From contig NC_045696.1 of assembly GCF_009834535.1 (NCBI RefSeq), positions 100,938,001 to 101,002,000 on the forward strand: a stretch of 64,000 bases of DNA. Direction: 5' to 3'. This stretch comes from Camelus ferus (Eukaryota). Below the pieces are notes generated by a model. That model had not been told where the DNA came from, ran no database searches, and worked only from the letters and a program-made list of their open reading frames with translations. The position numbers were made by a program, and so were the translations under genes. Positions 12,200 through 24,618 of the stretch are shown here, piece by piece (positions within the stretch are counted from its first letter, which is position 1; every line of letters begins with the position of its first letter).

Positions 12200-14650
12200 C
12201 ACACAAGTACTCTTTTAAATTTCCACATCAAATCTTAAGGATGAAAACTCTTTTAACTTACTTTTATTACTGATATCTATGTCACTACACCAGTGTTTTA
12301 CGATCTCTGTCTGTGGACTTCTATGATGATTCTCTATTTTCTGTCTTGTGGCATAGGAATAAGTGTTACTTTCCTTAGTCTAGTCTAGTAATTTGAAAGA
12401 TACTTTGTTCTAGTCACGTAGTAAAGGCATGTTTTTCACATCATGAAAATACCAAAACAAATAAAAAATAATATGCAGATTTTATATTTAACCAACAATT
12501 TCTTTCCTTCTTTATCAATTGTTATAAAGGTATCTTTGTATTACATACTTATTATTATATATTTTTAATGATAATTAGTTTCTGTTTTGAACTCAGTTGT
12601 ATAACCATATCATGTTTTCTGTTCAATCTCAAATGCATTAGGTTGAGTCAATCAATTACAACACTGAACTGCAATGTATCTCTTTTAGTTCACTATTTTC
12701 CTTTCAGTCCCTAGTATCATCTAACTTCACAATTACTTTCGTGTATTTGGAATATATTTTTGATGTGTATATATCTAGTAAAGTACTGTTCAGGACAGAA
12801 GTAAATTTTTATTTTTAAACTTGTTTACTCAATTGTGTGTTTCAGTTTGTCCACTCTGTTTTTTCTTGCTCTGTTCCTGTCTTCTTCTGCATTAATTGAC
12901 TACATTATATATAAATTCATTTTAATTATCTACTGTTATTTTAGCTCTAGCTCACAGATTGATTGATTGATTATTTAGTGGTTGATCAATAGTCTTCCTT
13001 AACTTTATAGTCTTTAGTTTACATACATTATAAATCAAGAATATAATGTTATAATTCTTGCTTTAAAGTCATTCGCATGTATTTCAAAAATACTGCAAAG
13101 AGAAAAATGTGCTTTATATTTTCCTTCATGTTTACAGTCCCCAGAACCCTTCATTCATTCATTCATGAAAATGTGGTTTTCACCTGGTATTTCCTTTCAG
13201 CCTATAGACCATAGACCATCTTCAGCACATTCAAGAGTGTAGTTTTTCATCTGATAATAAAATCTCAATATTTATTATTTTTCTGGAAATGTCTTTGTTT
13301 CTATTTTATTCAGCATTCCCATACGTAGTCCTATTCCTCCACTCTCCTTTGTTTGCGGTGAGACAGCGAAAGTAGTCTTTTGAAAAAATATTCCTTTATA
13401 TGCAATAATTCTTTATCTTTAGTTGCTTTCAAGAGTTTCTCTGTATCCCTAGTTTCCATCAGCTGGACTATGATACATATGGATGTGATTTTCTTTGTAT
13501 TTTTCTTGTGGGCAGGCACAATGACCTACAGGAGTCTGTAAACTTCTTTCTTTCACAAAATATTAGTTGTTTTAAACCACTATTCCTTCAAATATTTTCC
13601 TGACTCATTTTCTCTCTTACTTCGTTCACCATCTCCAATTTCATGTGTAACTCTTGATGTATCCCACAAGTACCAGAGGCTTTGATTATTGTTTTAACTT
13701 TTTTTTTTTTTTTGTCTTTCAAAGGTGACAGTTTCTGTTGATCTCTTTTCAGAGTCACTGACTTTTTATTTTGGAATCTTCAACAAATATGCTGTTAAGC
13801 TCTTCCAGTGATTTTTTTCCCCCTTTTTATATTTCAGATATTGTGTTTCTTAACTCTATAATTTGCATTTGGCAGTTTTTGGCAGTTTTATTTGTCTAGT
13901 AAAGTTTCCTGTCTTTTAAATTAATTATGAACATAATTTACTTTATATTCTTGAATGTAGTTGTAATAGCTGCTTTAAAAATATTGTCTGCTAATTCCAG
14001 CACATCAGGATGATCTCAGGGTTGGTCTCAACTGATTGCCTTTTTATCTTGACTATCGATCACATTTTCCTGTTGTTTTGTATTCCTAGTATTTTGGGAT
14101 TAGATCTCTAACATAAATGATTCATTGTAGAGATCCTAGATTAAGAGTCAACTATACTCTTCCCAGGAGAATGAGTCTTATTGTTTTAGTAGTCAGTTAA
14201 CATGATTAAAATTAAATTCCAAACTCTGAATCTCAGCTCAGTACTTCCAGCCTTAGCTGAGCTCCTCCAACTCTACGGCACTCATTCTTAGTGGAGAGTC
14301 AGGCATAGTTTTGAGCAGTTTATAAGCAGAATGTAGGACTGTTTCTCTTTGGTATTCTCCCAAGTCGGATTTCCCATCACCATTTACAGTTGTTGTAGTT
14401 TCCCTGCCTGGTTCTTTAAGCCAGGAAAACTGCAGGTGTTCTCTCCATGATTTTGCCCTTTCTGCCCACCCTCAAACCAAAAATGGGAAACTTACCCAGC
14501 GCTACTTCAACCCACTCCAATATCTGCTAGCTAGTTTTCACTTTCTAGTGACTTGAGATAGATTTTTATTTTCCTAGAGTTTAAAGTTGTCGTCCCTGGG
14601 AAGGATGGTTGGTAAGAATTACGCAGTCATTGCTAGAGATGGAACTTCTT
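12200..14650 (-). mobile_element. Old L1M 5' UTR/ORF1 region
   Basis: Minus ORF 13331-13519 (ITSICIIVQLMETRDTEKLLKATKDK) resembles the L1 ORF1p motif TPRHIIVKLLKTKDKEKILKAAREK; surrounding DNA is T-rich, as expected for antisense L1. Confidence 0.75.
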
Positions 14651-14679
14651 GATTTACCCACTTGTGTTTTGGGGGTCGG

Positions 14680-16300
14680 TCCACATTGCTGTGCTTGCAC
14701 CAAATATTCTCCTTTTAAGCTCTGAATAGTGTTTCACAGCATGTATTTACCATTCTTTTAAAAAATGTATTCCTCTAGGGTTGAACACCTATAGTGTCTA
14801 TAATTTTTTTTGTCTGCAGTTAGTCTAATAAAATATATTTATGGATATAAATATCTCTGTATCATTCATTAGAAAAATATATTCTATATTATTTATAGGC
14901 ATACATAAATTCGGTATAATTTTGAGCAGCTGGACAGTAGTGACTAGATCATTCATATTTCACTAAATATTTCCAGATTGCTTTCAGGAGTGTATAGTAA
15001 TTTTACACTGTCACCAGCAGTACTGTAAATTCACAATTATCAAAATCATTGCTATATTTCTTTTTTTGTTGTTTTGCTTTGGGGTTTTTTGTTTGTTTGT
15101 TTGTTTGTCTTGTATTTGGAGGGGAGGTAATTAGGTTTATTTATTTATCTTTTTTAGAGAAGGTACTGGGGATTGAACCCAGGACCTTGTGTATGCTAAG
15201 TATGCACTCTCCAACTGAGCTATACCCTCCTCCACATTGCTGTATTTCTACTTTTTGCTCATCTTCTGATTGTAAACTGTTATCTCTTTGTTGTAATTTG
15301 CATTTTTCATTTGAGCTGTACTTTTGAAAACCTCTTCATATACATGTTACTCATTCAACTTGACTTTCTATGGATTGTCTCTTTGTATGACTGCACACTT
15401 TAAATTAGGTGTCCTGGGTTGTTTTGTCATTGCTGTTGTTTTGCTTTTGTTATTGTTGACTTTGAAGAATTCCTTTTATGTAACTATGTATTCAGGAATT
15501 ACAAAGTATTTTCTCTTGGCGTGTCATTTCATTAAAGGCTTAATGTGCTCTTTTAAAAAAAAAATTACTTCATAAGTTTTATTTGAGAAAGGCATCTTGA
15601 GCTCTGTTACAAACACCAAAAACAATATTCAAACTTTAACATTTAGGTCTTTAATGCATCTGGAACTCAATTTTGTAAGTAAGATACTATTATTGATACT
15701 GAATTCTTTTTTTCAGCCTCATCAAACCCTATACATACCTGGATCTACTGCTTTGTTCTCTAGTCTTTACCGATAGTGCACTGGTTCTCACATGGGGACT
15801 GCATGTGCGACTGCTGCAGCATGTTTCAATGTCTAGAGTGAACCATCTCTTTCAAAAGTTGGGCTATGTTATTCCACAAATTTTAGAATAAGCATGTCAA
15901 GTTCTCTAACCGCTTTATTTACATATTTATTATGATTGTATTTCATTTGTAAATTAATTTAGGGAGAAATAATCTGTTTATAATTTCTATTGTTCCACTC
16001 AAAATAACTGTTCCACTCTTTAAACGTTCAGAACTTCTTTTTTGGCATTTTTTTCATTAAAATGCTCCATGACAGTCTTATAATTTGCTTTAAAATTAAT
16101 AACTAGATAATGTGAAATTTCAGTTTCTATAGTGAATATATTCTATTTCTCATCTTGGTTTTTTTAGTTTTACTCTTTTTGGAAGTATTTAATCTAGTAA
16201 GTAGTGGCGGTGCTGAATTATTTTGTTAATTCTTACAATTTATTATCATTGGGTTTTCTAATTACAATAGTTTTATTGCAATCTTTTAATTCTTATATCA
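14680..16300 (-). mobile_element. Highly decayed L1ME ORF2/3' fragments
   Basis: Reverse L1 motifs such as TTCCAGATTGCTTTC, TGTAATTTGCATTTT and TTTAGGTCTTTAATGCATCTGGAACTCAATTTTG; interrupted by the SINE at 15062. Confidence 0.6.
15062..15234 (-). mobile_element. Vic-1-type tRNA-derived SINE (camelid)
   Basis: Minus strand reads GGAGGAGGGTATAGCTCAGTTGGAGAGTGCATACTTAGCATACACAAGGTCCTGGGTTCAATCCCCAGTACC (A and B boxes)...TAAATAAACCTAATTACCTCCCC plus an A-rich tail; 15-bp TSD CATTGCT(A/G)TATTTCT at 15047-15061 and 15235-15249. Confidence 0.9.
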
Positions 16301-16568
16301 CTATTTTTTAATCTAACTATAGAATTATTTTGGTTACCAGCATTAATAAGATTAGACAAAAAACCTTTAACAAATATATTTAAATTTTACTTATAATTAT
16401 TTTAGACTAATTTTCTTACACAAATATGAGCTCTTTAAAAGATTTTTTACTTATCATGTGAGAATAAATTAAAAGCTGAAAATTCATTTTCCCATTTCAG
16501 ATGTTGGACAAGGAAAACTCCAAAATCATAGCAATATCTGTGATAAATCATCGTAATTAAGAATATAA

Positions 16569-16648
16569 GCATTGTGCTGTACACCAGAAATTGACACAAC
16601 ATTGTAAACTGACTATACTTCAATTAAAAATATATATATATACCAAAA
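16569..16648 (+). mobile_element. Extremely 5'-truncated young L1 (3' tail only)
   Basis: TGCTGTACACCAGAAATTGACACAACATTGTAAACTGACTATACTTCAATTAAAAA plus tail; TSD AAGAATATAA at 16559-16568 and 16649-16658; same family as 30271-30494. Confidence 0.85.
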
Positions 16649-17235
16649 AAGAATATAAAGGGTATGGAAAAAATTAAGCATGCAAAAGCACATACCAATT
16701 TTGTTCTCACTAGTCAAACTTCAAAGCCATAGAATTTGTGAGAATGCTGTTAAGATAATTCTTTGTAGTTTTGACTGTAACTACCTAAAAATTTAAACAA
16801 ACATCTTATCAAAGTGATTACCAATGATTGCCAAACACCAATATTTGAAAATGTCAAATTTCAAAATTTTCACAAATTATAAATCCTAAGTACAAAGTTT
16901 TTCTTTCACTTCCTTGTGAATTCTATTCTGTTGTTCTCTAAGAAGTTAGTGAGATTATTGAGAATGTCTGCAAACATCAGAAATTTGGAAAATTTTTAAA
17001 ATCAGAAATTTAGAAATGAAAAAATAAATGGAAGCCTCTTTCTACTTTGGCAATACAGTGAAATAATGATGATTTCAAATATTCTTACTGAACAAGAAAT
17101 TTCTGCATCTCCTACAACTAATGATTGTTAGAAATATTTATGGAATAAAAATCAGTAAAGGAAAGTGAATTCAATTGCACTGATAATGAAAACAATTATG
17201 ATGAAAGATATAAGTAATTTAAATGAATCACATAG

Positions 17236-17887
17236 ACCACCATGGAAAACTGTATGAAAGTTTCTTTAAAAACCAAAAATATAACCAACAAATGACTCAG
17301 CAATTTCACTCCTGGGTACGTATCTGAATAAAAACAAAAACACTAATTTGAAAAGATACATGAATCCCGATGTTCACAGCAGCATTATTTATAATAACCA
17401 AGCAGCCTACAAGCCCAACAACAGATGAATGAATAAAGAAGATGTGGTATATACATACAGTGAAATACCACTCAGCCATAAAAAAGAATGAAATTTTACC
17501 ACTTGCAACAACATAGATGGTCTTGGAGGGCATTATGCTAAGTGAAATAAGTCAGATAGAGAAAGACAAATACTGTATTGTATCACTTACACAAAGAGTC
17601 TAAAAAATAACAAACTAGTGAAGCAGACTCACAGATATAGATAACAAACTAGCAGTTACTAGTGGGGAAATGGAGAAGGGTGTGGCAATGTAGAAGTAGG
17701 GGATTAAGAGGTACAAACTATTAGGGATAAAACAAGATACAAAGATATATTGTACAACACAGGGAATATAGCCAGTATTTGATAATAACTATAATGGAGT
17801 TATTTAAAAGTTGTGATTCACTAAATTCTACACCTGTAACTTACATGATATTGCACATCAACTATACTTCAATAAAAAATAAAAAGA
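17236..17887 (+). mobile_element. 5'-truncated L1 (cetartiodactyl-type 3' end)
   Basis: ORF2 end (GAATAAAGAAGATGTGGTATATAC...GCTAAGTGAAATAAGTCAG) and 3' UTR ending CATCAACTATACTTCAATAAAAAA; perfect 16-bp TSD TAAATGAATCACATAG at 17220-17235 and 17888-17903. Confidence 0.93.
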
Positions 17888-18873
17888 TAAATGAATCACA
17901 TAGCATATTTTGTTCACACTCTTTAGTTGTATGGTCAGAATATAATTTAATATCCATAGAAAGATGTAACAGAATTACTATCAATCAGTGGAAAGATAAT
18001 AGGTGAATCATCATCCCTCTTCAAAGACAAACTCAGTAACACACAAAGGATCTTGAAACTGCCTTTCCATATACTCAGAGAAACATTAACACAATTTGGG
18101 ATTTAAGATAATACATAGTAAAAATGTTGCTTGAGCAAAAGAAAACCTAACATCATACTTTGTACATACTAAGGCATGCCTATTTGTTATATATTTTTTT
18201 ATTAATTATTTGGGTAATTTAAGAAAACATCTCTCTTCATTTATTAACTTTTTTTTCTTTTCCTGAGGTGACAGAAAAATAAAACACTTTTTAGAATTAC
18301 TGTGACTATTATTGTTGTAGATTAGCAACTTTAAAGCAACTATATGATTTATTCTGCTACAACATGTATTTTCTGAGTTAAAGTTTTTATTTTATCTTAA
18401 CTGTTTATCCCAGTCATTGATATCACCTTAAGCAAATAATGGAGTGCCATGTTGATTGAGCCTCAGTGACCTTTCTTTATCCTCATATTCAGTTGTCAAA
18501 GACCAGTTTATCATTATCACTCAGAATTGTGACTAGAGTTTTCAGATATCCATATTCCCTTTTAGTATCTATTTCAGTATTTGTTCCCTTCCCCCCCAAA
18601 AGCAGAGTAATCACAAACTTCTCTGGGAAACTAACCTTCCAAACAAATCTACTTTTAGTTTATCATTTAAAAAAAAAAGCTGAATTCATAACTAATCACA
18701 ATGATCTACTTAGTTGTGCCAAGCATGTTCATCTAAGGTGAGTGTACTCAGCCTCTGTGGGCACCCAGGCACTTCCCTTGGCTCTGCATAAATGGAAGAC
18801 CTGAGGCTTAATGTACTGAAAAGAGAAAGTTCTGTTTAAAGTAAAATTCCAAAGAAACCTTTCTTACCTTTTC

Positions 18874-18938
18874 AAAAAGAAAAAAAAGAAAAAGAAAAGA
18901 AAAGAAAAGAAAAGGAAGAGAAAGAAAGACAGAAAGAC

Positions 18939-19009
<71 letters not shown>

Positions 19010-19042
19010 AAAGAAAGAAAGAAAGGAAAAAGGAAAAAGAAA
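18874..19042 (+). repeat. (GAAA)n tetranucleotide microsatellite in a purine-rich tract
   Basis: Long AAAG run with GAAAA and GACA variants, seen directly. Confidence 0.97.
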
Positions 19043-20389
19043 TTAAAAAATTAATTAAATATTAGAATGTTTTACCTATTTTGCAAAGGCCTATTTATTG
19101 GAAGGAAATTAAGTTAAAGGCTTTGATTCTTGTTTTAAATCAAAGGGATAATCAACATAATACTATCTACAAGGTCCTCAAGACAACATTTTTTTAGTAA
19201 TCATATTACATGGTATATAGTTTAAGTTACATTATACGATTGAATCTTTATTTCCGTTCCTAGTATCACATTTTCTATAGAAAACTCTATAACTTAAACA
19301 GGAAAAAAAATGAGTAATTTATGTGTTTAGAGTTTGTGTGTGTTTGTACACTGAGACCATGACCTTGGTCTTCTTTCTTTTAACTTTAAGTAATATACAA
19401 TATCTGGAGAATTCTAAAAAAAGTATTCTATTTTTTTAAAATAAATTTCTACTGAGTAAAAATAATGGCATTTGAGCCAAGAAGTAAAATCTAACAAAAT
19501 GTGTATATAATAATAAATTTCTTATATTGACATCCGACTCTTCATCATTTTGTAAATTCCCACAAAATATCTCCTTTGATCTCCATTTCAGACCCATGTG
19601 GTAAGATGACACACAAGTGTGTAATTTACTGGGTAACATATTTCATATTCTGAGTCCAAGAATACTGGGCTTGCTGAAGCCCTATTTTTCTGCATAATGT
19701 AAGTATGTTCCAAGAGCCTTACTTACTACCAGAGAAAGAGATTTGATTTCAAAATATTTAAGGAAGTTCCTTCAAGTTACCCTCTAGAGTTTTTTATCCT
19801 GAAGGTTTGAGAACTTCCTCAAAAAGTAGCAACAGCTTTGCTAATATAAATAAAGACAGAACTGTATTTTTAAGTCCATTCAGAAAATCACATTTATTGA
19901 GTTTTGTGGTACAAGCCACCTAATCTATGCCCCTGTCTCCAGGTGAGATGATGCTATGATTATCATAGGAACATATGTATAAAAAGATACCATAGGTATA
20001 GGCATTTGGGTTAGATGAGGTTTACTGTAGTGGACTCCAGAGAATCCAACAAGAGTTCTACAGCTTTTAGAAAAGAAACTGGTATGTCTAAGACAAAACA
20101 GATAGTTCATTTGTTTTTTTCACTGAGACAATTTAGAGCATTAAAAACAAACAAACAACAAATTTAACAATGATCATGGAGCCCAGGTGAACTCTTATAT
20201 CCTTTGTACTCTTTCTAGTAATTGAAATACACTAATCTGCCTATTATTACACCCTAGTTCCTCCTTTATTTTATTTATTTATTTTTTTAATTTAGCTGGC
20301 TGGGTTAGAAGTCTGTGGTATTCTTGGCCTAATGTTTTTATTTGATCAATTTAAAATTATTTTAAAAATGTGAAAATGAGGAATGAATG

Positions 20390-20665
20390 ACTCATTCCAC
20401 TCAGACCTCTGCTCTGTCATGTTATCGGAACTATTCATTCTAAATTAATATACCCCCTCACTCTTCAGCTCTGTATACTTTTACTGACTTTAAAGCAGTT
20501 ACCTGACATTACATTACACACTCTTTTTTGTATATCTGCCTTTGTACTAGAATGCACATACCATATGGACAATAACTTTTCCTGCTTTGTTTGTTGAAGA
20601 ATTAAAAGCCTTTAAAAAGATATTTTGTGAAAGAATAGGAATTCAAAAAATATAGAATGAATAAA
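20390..20665 (+). mobile_element. L2 3' end
   Basis: TCAGACCTCTGCTC...ACTAGAATGCACATACCATATGGACA...GAATGAATAAA resembles the L2 3' terminus. Confidence 0.6.
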
Positions 20666-20679
20666 AAAACGGAAATTTA

Positions 20680-21140
20680 GTTCTCTTTACATCTCTCTCT
20701 AACCAGCCCCTTTGTCAAGCCTGTGTTAACTATTTAGTGTGTATTCTGCCGTGGTTTCCTCCTTTGAGTAGATTTGTTTCACTTTTGGTTTGTTTGCTTT
20801 TAATGGAATTATTTCACTACCTGCTTATTTCAGTTTAAACATCCAATTAGTTAAATAAATATTTTTATTAGTATTCTATGGGACAGAACTCCAAGGTGAA
20901 ATTGCTGGATCAAGATGGGATGTTAATTTAATATATGTTGAGAGATTAAAAAGGTAGCAATTCTTGTTTCCAAGAGCAATTTATTATAATTAACATTTCA
21001 TTACACTCGCTAGGCCATTGTTCTTTAAAATTATTTGTCTGATATATGATAAATGGTGGCAACAGGTATTAAATTTAAATTCCCTGTCTACTGGTGAGAA
21101 TAACATATTTTCATGTGATTATTAGGTAACTGCCAAAGTT
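20680..21140 (-). mobile_element. Decayed L1ME 3' fragment
   Basis: GTGAAATTGCTGGATCAAGATGG and TTAAATTCCCTGTCTACTGGTGAG...ACATATTTTCATGTG are reverse L1 ORF2 C-terminal motifs. Confidence 0.55.
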
Positions 21141-22029
21141 ATTTATCCCCCATAGGGGTTAGTGTTACAACCTTGGCCCAATCATCACCTACTTAAACCG
21201 AAAGTAGATTATCTAAAGCTTATTAGTAAACTCCAGAAAGTTCAACTATGTCTATGTGAGATGGAAAAATCATGTCCATTAAAATCAATACATATTAAAA
21301 TTAGGAAAATTTTTCTCACATAAAATTGAAAAGTAAATAAGTATGATTATGTGAATTTAATAATAATACATTCTGCATTTAAAAGTTTACATAGGCATTT
21401 TCTTAGTTGGACGAGTTAAAAATTAGTATTTACATCCCAGCCAGAATTATACTTTCAACTAACATAAAACAGTTGAGGGAAAGTATTAAATCCAAAAGTC
21501 TTTTCAGTAGCAGATATTTATTTAAGATATTAGATATAACCACAAGTTTATTTCTTGATTAGCTTTTTATTTTTTCTTTTTGAAAGATTGGTTGTTTTTG
21601 AAAGCTTATGAAAGTAGGCTTGACAAATTCTTTTCCTGTTTTTTTTTTCTTTTCTTGAGAATCTTTAAAATGCTACAGCTTAATGAAAACCCTTTCCCAT
21701 ACTTCAATTAAGAAAAACTGTACTTTTATAAGATTATTGATTATATCTTACCTTCTAGATTAAGAATATGTTTATCTTTTTATCATTAATCTAATACATT
21801 GCAGTTTTTCTTCATAATATTCTTATTCACAAATGCTTTAACTCTTCTTAACTTTTTAAGAATCATGTTTGGCAGGTGTCTCATGTTTCAGATAATTTCT
21901 ATAATACTTTTTGAGATGATTTTCAATCTATGCCTTGCTCATTTTAGGAGTTTACAATTCATTTCCTCTTTTTCCTCTTTTCTGCTGTACTCTCATTAAA
22001 CAATAATTTTTATTAAAGCCTTTCTAGGT

Positions 22030-22210
22030 TGTGAAAGGCTACAGATAAAAATTCCAGGTTTGTCAGTCAGTTTTGTAAGTGGGGTCCTTGGTAAATCCCC
22101 AAATCTTTCAGTTTTGATTTTCTACACTTAAAATGTGCACAATAAGGTGATACAAGATGATCAGATGCCGTGTGATGATATACAAGTAGCTGGCACATTG
22201 CAAATGTTTC
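22030..22210 (+). mobile_element. MIR SINE
   Basis: GTCCTTGGTAAATC...CAGTTTT...TAAAATG...CTGGCACATTGCAAATG resembles the MIR core and 3' end. Confidence 0.5.
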
Positions 22211-23892
22211 TCTGTGTAATTTGAGTCCTTTGGTTTTCCTTTTCTGAGTGGATTTAACTGATTATTTCACAATCTTTAACTAATAATCATTGTTCTAAAA
22301 ATGTTTAAAAGCTGTCATAGTGTTCGATTATAGAAATTTCCTTTATTGCAGTTATCTCTTTTAGCGTGTTTAGAAACTACTTATAAATGTGTAAAACTAG
22401 TTTACTGCGAAGCATTACTAATAAGGACCTAAATATAAGCTATTTACCTTCCCAAGAGAATGCTCTACTGGAGAGCTCTAGACAAGCCTATTGATTCTTA
22501 AAAGGCTTCAGATCATTGGCTTGAAGGCATTAGATTCGGTTCAGTAACACTGAAATGTATTTCTGGAAAAATTTTAGTATTTATTTCAATCTTTATCACT
22601 TTGACGTGGTTTTGTAATGGTAAGATTAGGGGAAGCAGTTATATTTATAGTCTAAGTCTTCAGTTCTGGATAAAATGACTTCTACAAGTCTATTTTACTT
22701 GATTTTCAGGGACCTACACTATCTGGTCTCCAGTCTGTAGTCATTTGCTTCTCCCTCAATCCCCCTCACCCAAGTTTACATATGATTAAATCACCCCTTC
22801 TCCTGCTCCTGCTGTTTCTCCTGAAATACAAACTACTTCCCCCCTAGCCTCTAAACCCTGACAAATTTCCAAATCTCAATCTCAAATGTGTAGGTACCAA
22901 TCTCTTATTTTTCTGCAATCAAATCTCTTCAATGGAAACATTACCTAATGCTTTAATAGCATGTTTTCTTTTTACTCATATCCTGCTATGAATTTGAATT
23001 TAACTCATTTTCAGTGGGTGTCCCATTTCTTGAGACTGTAAACTGTGGGGACAGGAAACTGAGGAGGTGGGGGGAGGAACCAAGTCTTCAGTGTCCATGA
23101 TGCTGGTTGAGGAGAAACAACCTATGAGTAATTTAATTATTTATACTGTGGCTCAGTTGAGAAATTCCATACCTTAAATCTAATTTGAAAGGTATTCTGG
23201 GGAAAGTATTATAAAAACACAGTATTTGATGCAATTTAGTTTGGATAAACCCAGAAGCAGGAAAAATAGTGTGGCCATTAATGCTGTTTGGACCATGCAG
23301 AATACCAACATAAGCAATGTAAGAACCATTTTATTAATTGGTTCTGGTAATAACGATAAATATTTTGAAGACAAAAAAGAAGTGTAATCTCACCATCACC
23401 CCCTCTTACTTTATTGCTAAATAAAAATTAGATGATTCTCTGAATAAAGTACTTTAAACTGCTTAAGAGAAATTGAGCAAACATATCCCCACAAGGCATT
23501 TATTAAATATGTAATTATGCAAAATTCTCTCCAGTAACAGTACATGGAGTACTGCATTTTCTTTATAGTCTAAGAATTACAATCAAATTGGCAAGACAGG
23601 CATACACAAAGATGGTCTGATAATACATTCATTATACAAGAACAAACACTAAACTAACAAATTAATGATAATGTTTTCATATTATGTAATATTTTAAATA
23701 AGGACTAATATACATGGGACAGAGTACAAGGTAACAGTAGAGAGGACAAAGAGGCACAATATAATACTTTTTAAGTACATTTACATTGTTTTTGAAAGAC
23801 AGAAAATAATTGTTCTTGCTGACAAATATATATACTCTTTGGTCACTGTTTCTTTAGAGTTTTGTGTCTTCTGTCTTTCATTATTAATTTTG

Positions 23893-23960
23893 TCCTTCCT
23901 TCCTTCCCTCCTTCCTGCCTTCTTTCTTTCTTTTCTTCCTTCCTTCCTCTCTGTCTGAAG

Positions 23961-23991
<31 letters not shown>

Positions 23992-23992
23992 T
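23893..23992 (+). repeat. (TTCC)/(TTTC) and (GTTTT)n simple repeats
   Basis: Seen directly. Confidence 0.9.
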
Positions 23993-24524
23993 AAATAGGG
24001 TGACTTCCATATGATTTTCCTGGTATTTTTCTTCTTGTCGTCATTTGCTTGTTTCACCTCACTTAAACTTAGGTGGGGAATTTTTATAGAACCTCTATTG
24101 GCACTGCTATAGATTGGGTGAATTCTAGACTTCCTTCCCTCATTTTCTAAGATCTCTTGGTCTTCTATTTTGCAGTTGAAAGGCTGGTAAAGTACACCAC
24201 CTCCTTTCCTAAGACTGAGAATTCAAGGAGGTACTAGAGGAAGCAATGGAGATAAGTAGGGTTAATCTGGAGCTGATGCACCATTAGCAAACTGAGCTTG
24301 GACATTTAAGCAAAATTTTATTAAACACATTATACAAGAATCATGAGGGACTAGCATTTGCGTGGGTAGGGTACCCACAATATGTTGGAATCAGAAGGCA
24401 TTTTCTTCTTCCTTGTTTGTCTGATTCTTTTATATGCATAATTTCCCCATACTTTCCAGTATATATCATACAAGGATCCATACCTCCATATGGTTTACAT
24501 AATTCTTACAGTGTAATGATTTAA

Positions 24525-24618
24525 GTATATATATACACACACATATATACACATTTTTATGTGTATATAAAAAATAGATCATATATATATATAGATCATA
24601 TATATTTGTATATATATC
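24525..24618. repeat. (TA)n/(CA)n low-complexity tract with TAGATCATATATAT tandem duplication
   Basis: Seen directly. Confidence 0.85.

Noticed and set aside
15165..15234. tRNA-like sequence
   Set aside because: It is the head of the SINE, with a SINE body, A-rich tail and TSD; not a tRNA gene.
17060..18100. Acidic-coding A-rich sequence flanking the L1 at 17236, reminiscent of a piggyBac transposase N-terminus
   Set aside because: Frames are broken and no TIRs or TTAA TSD were identified; not supportable without a search.
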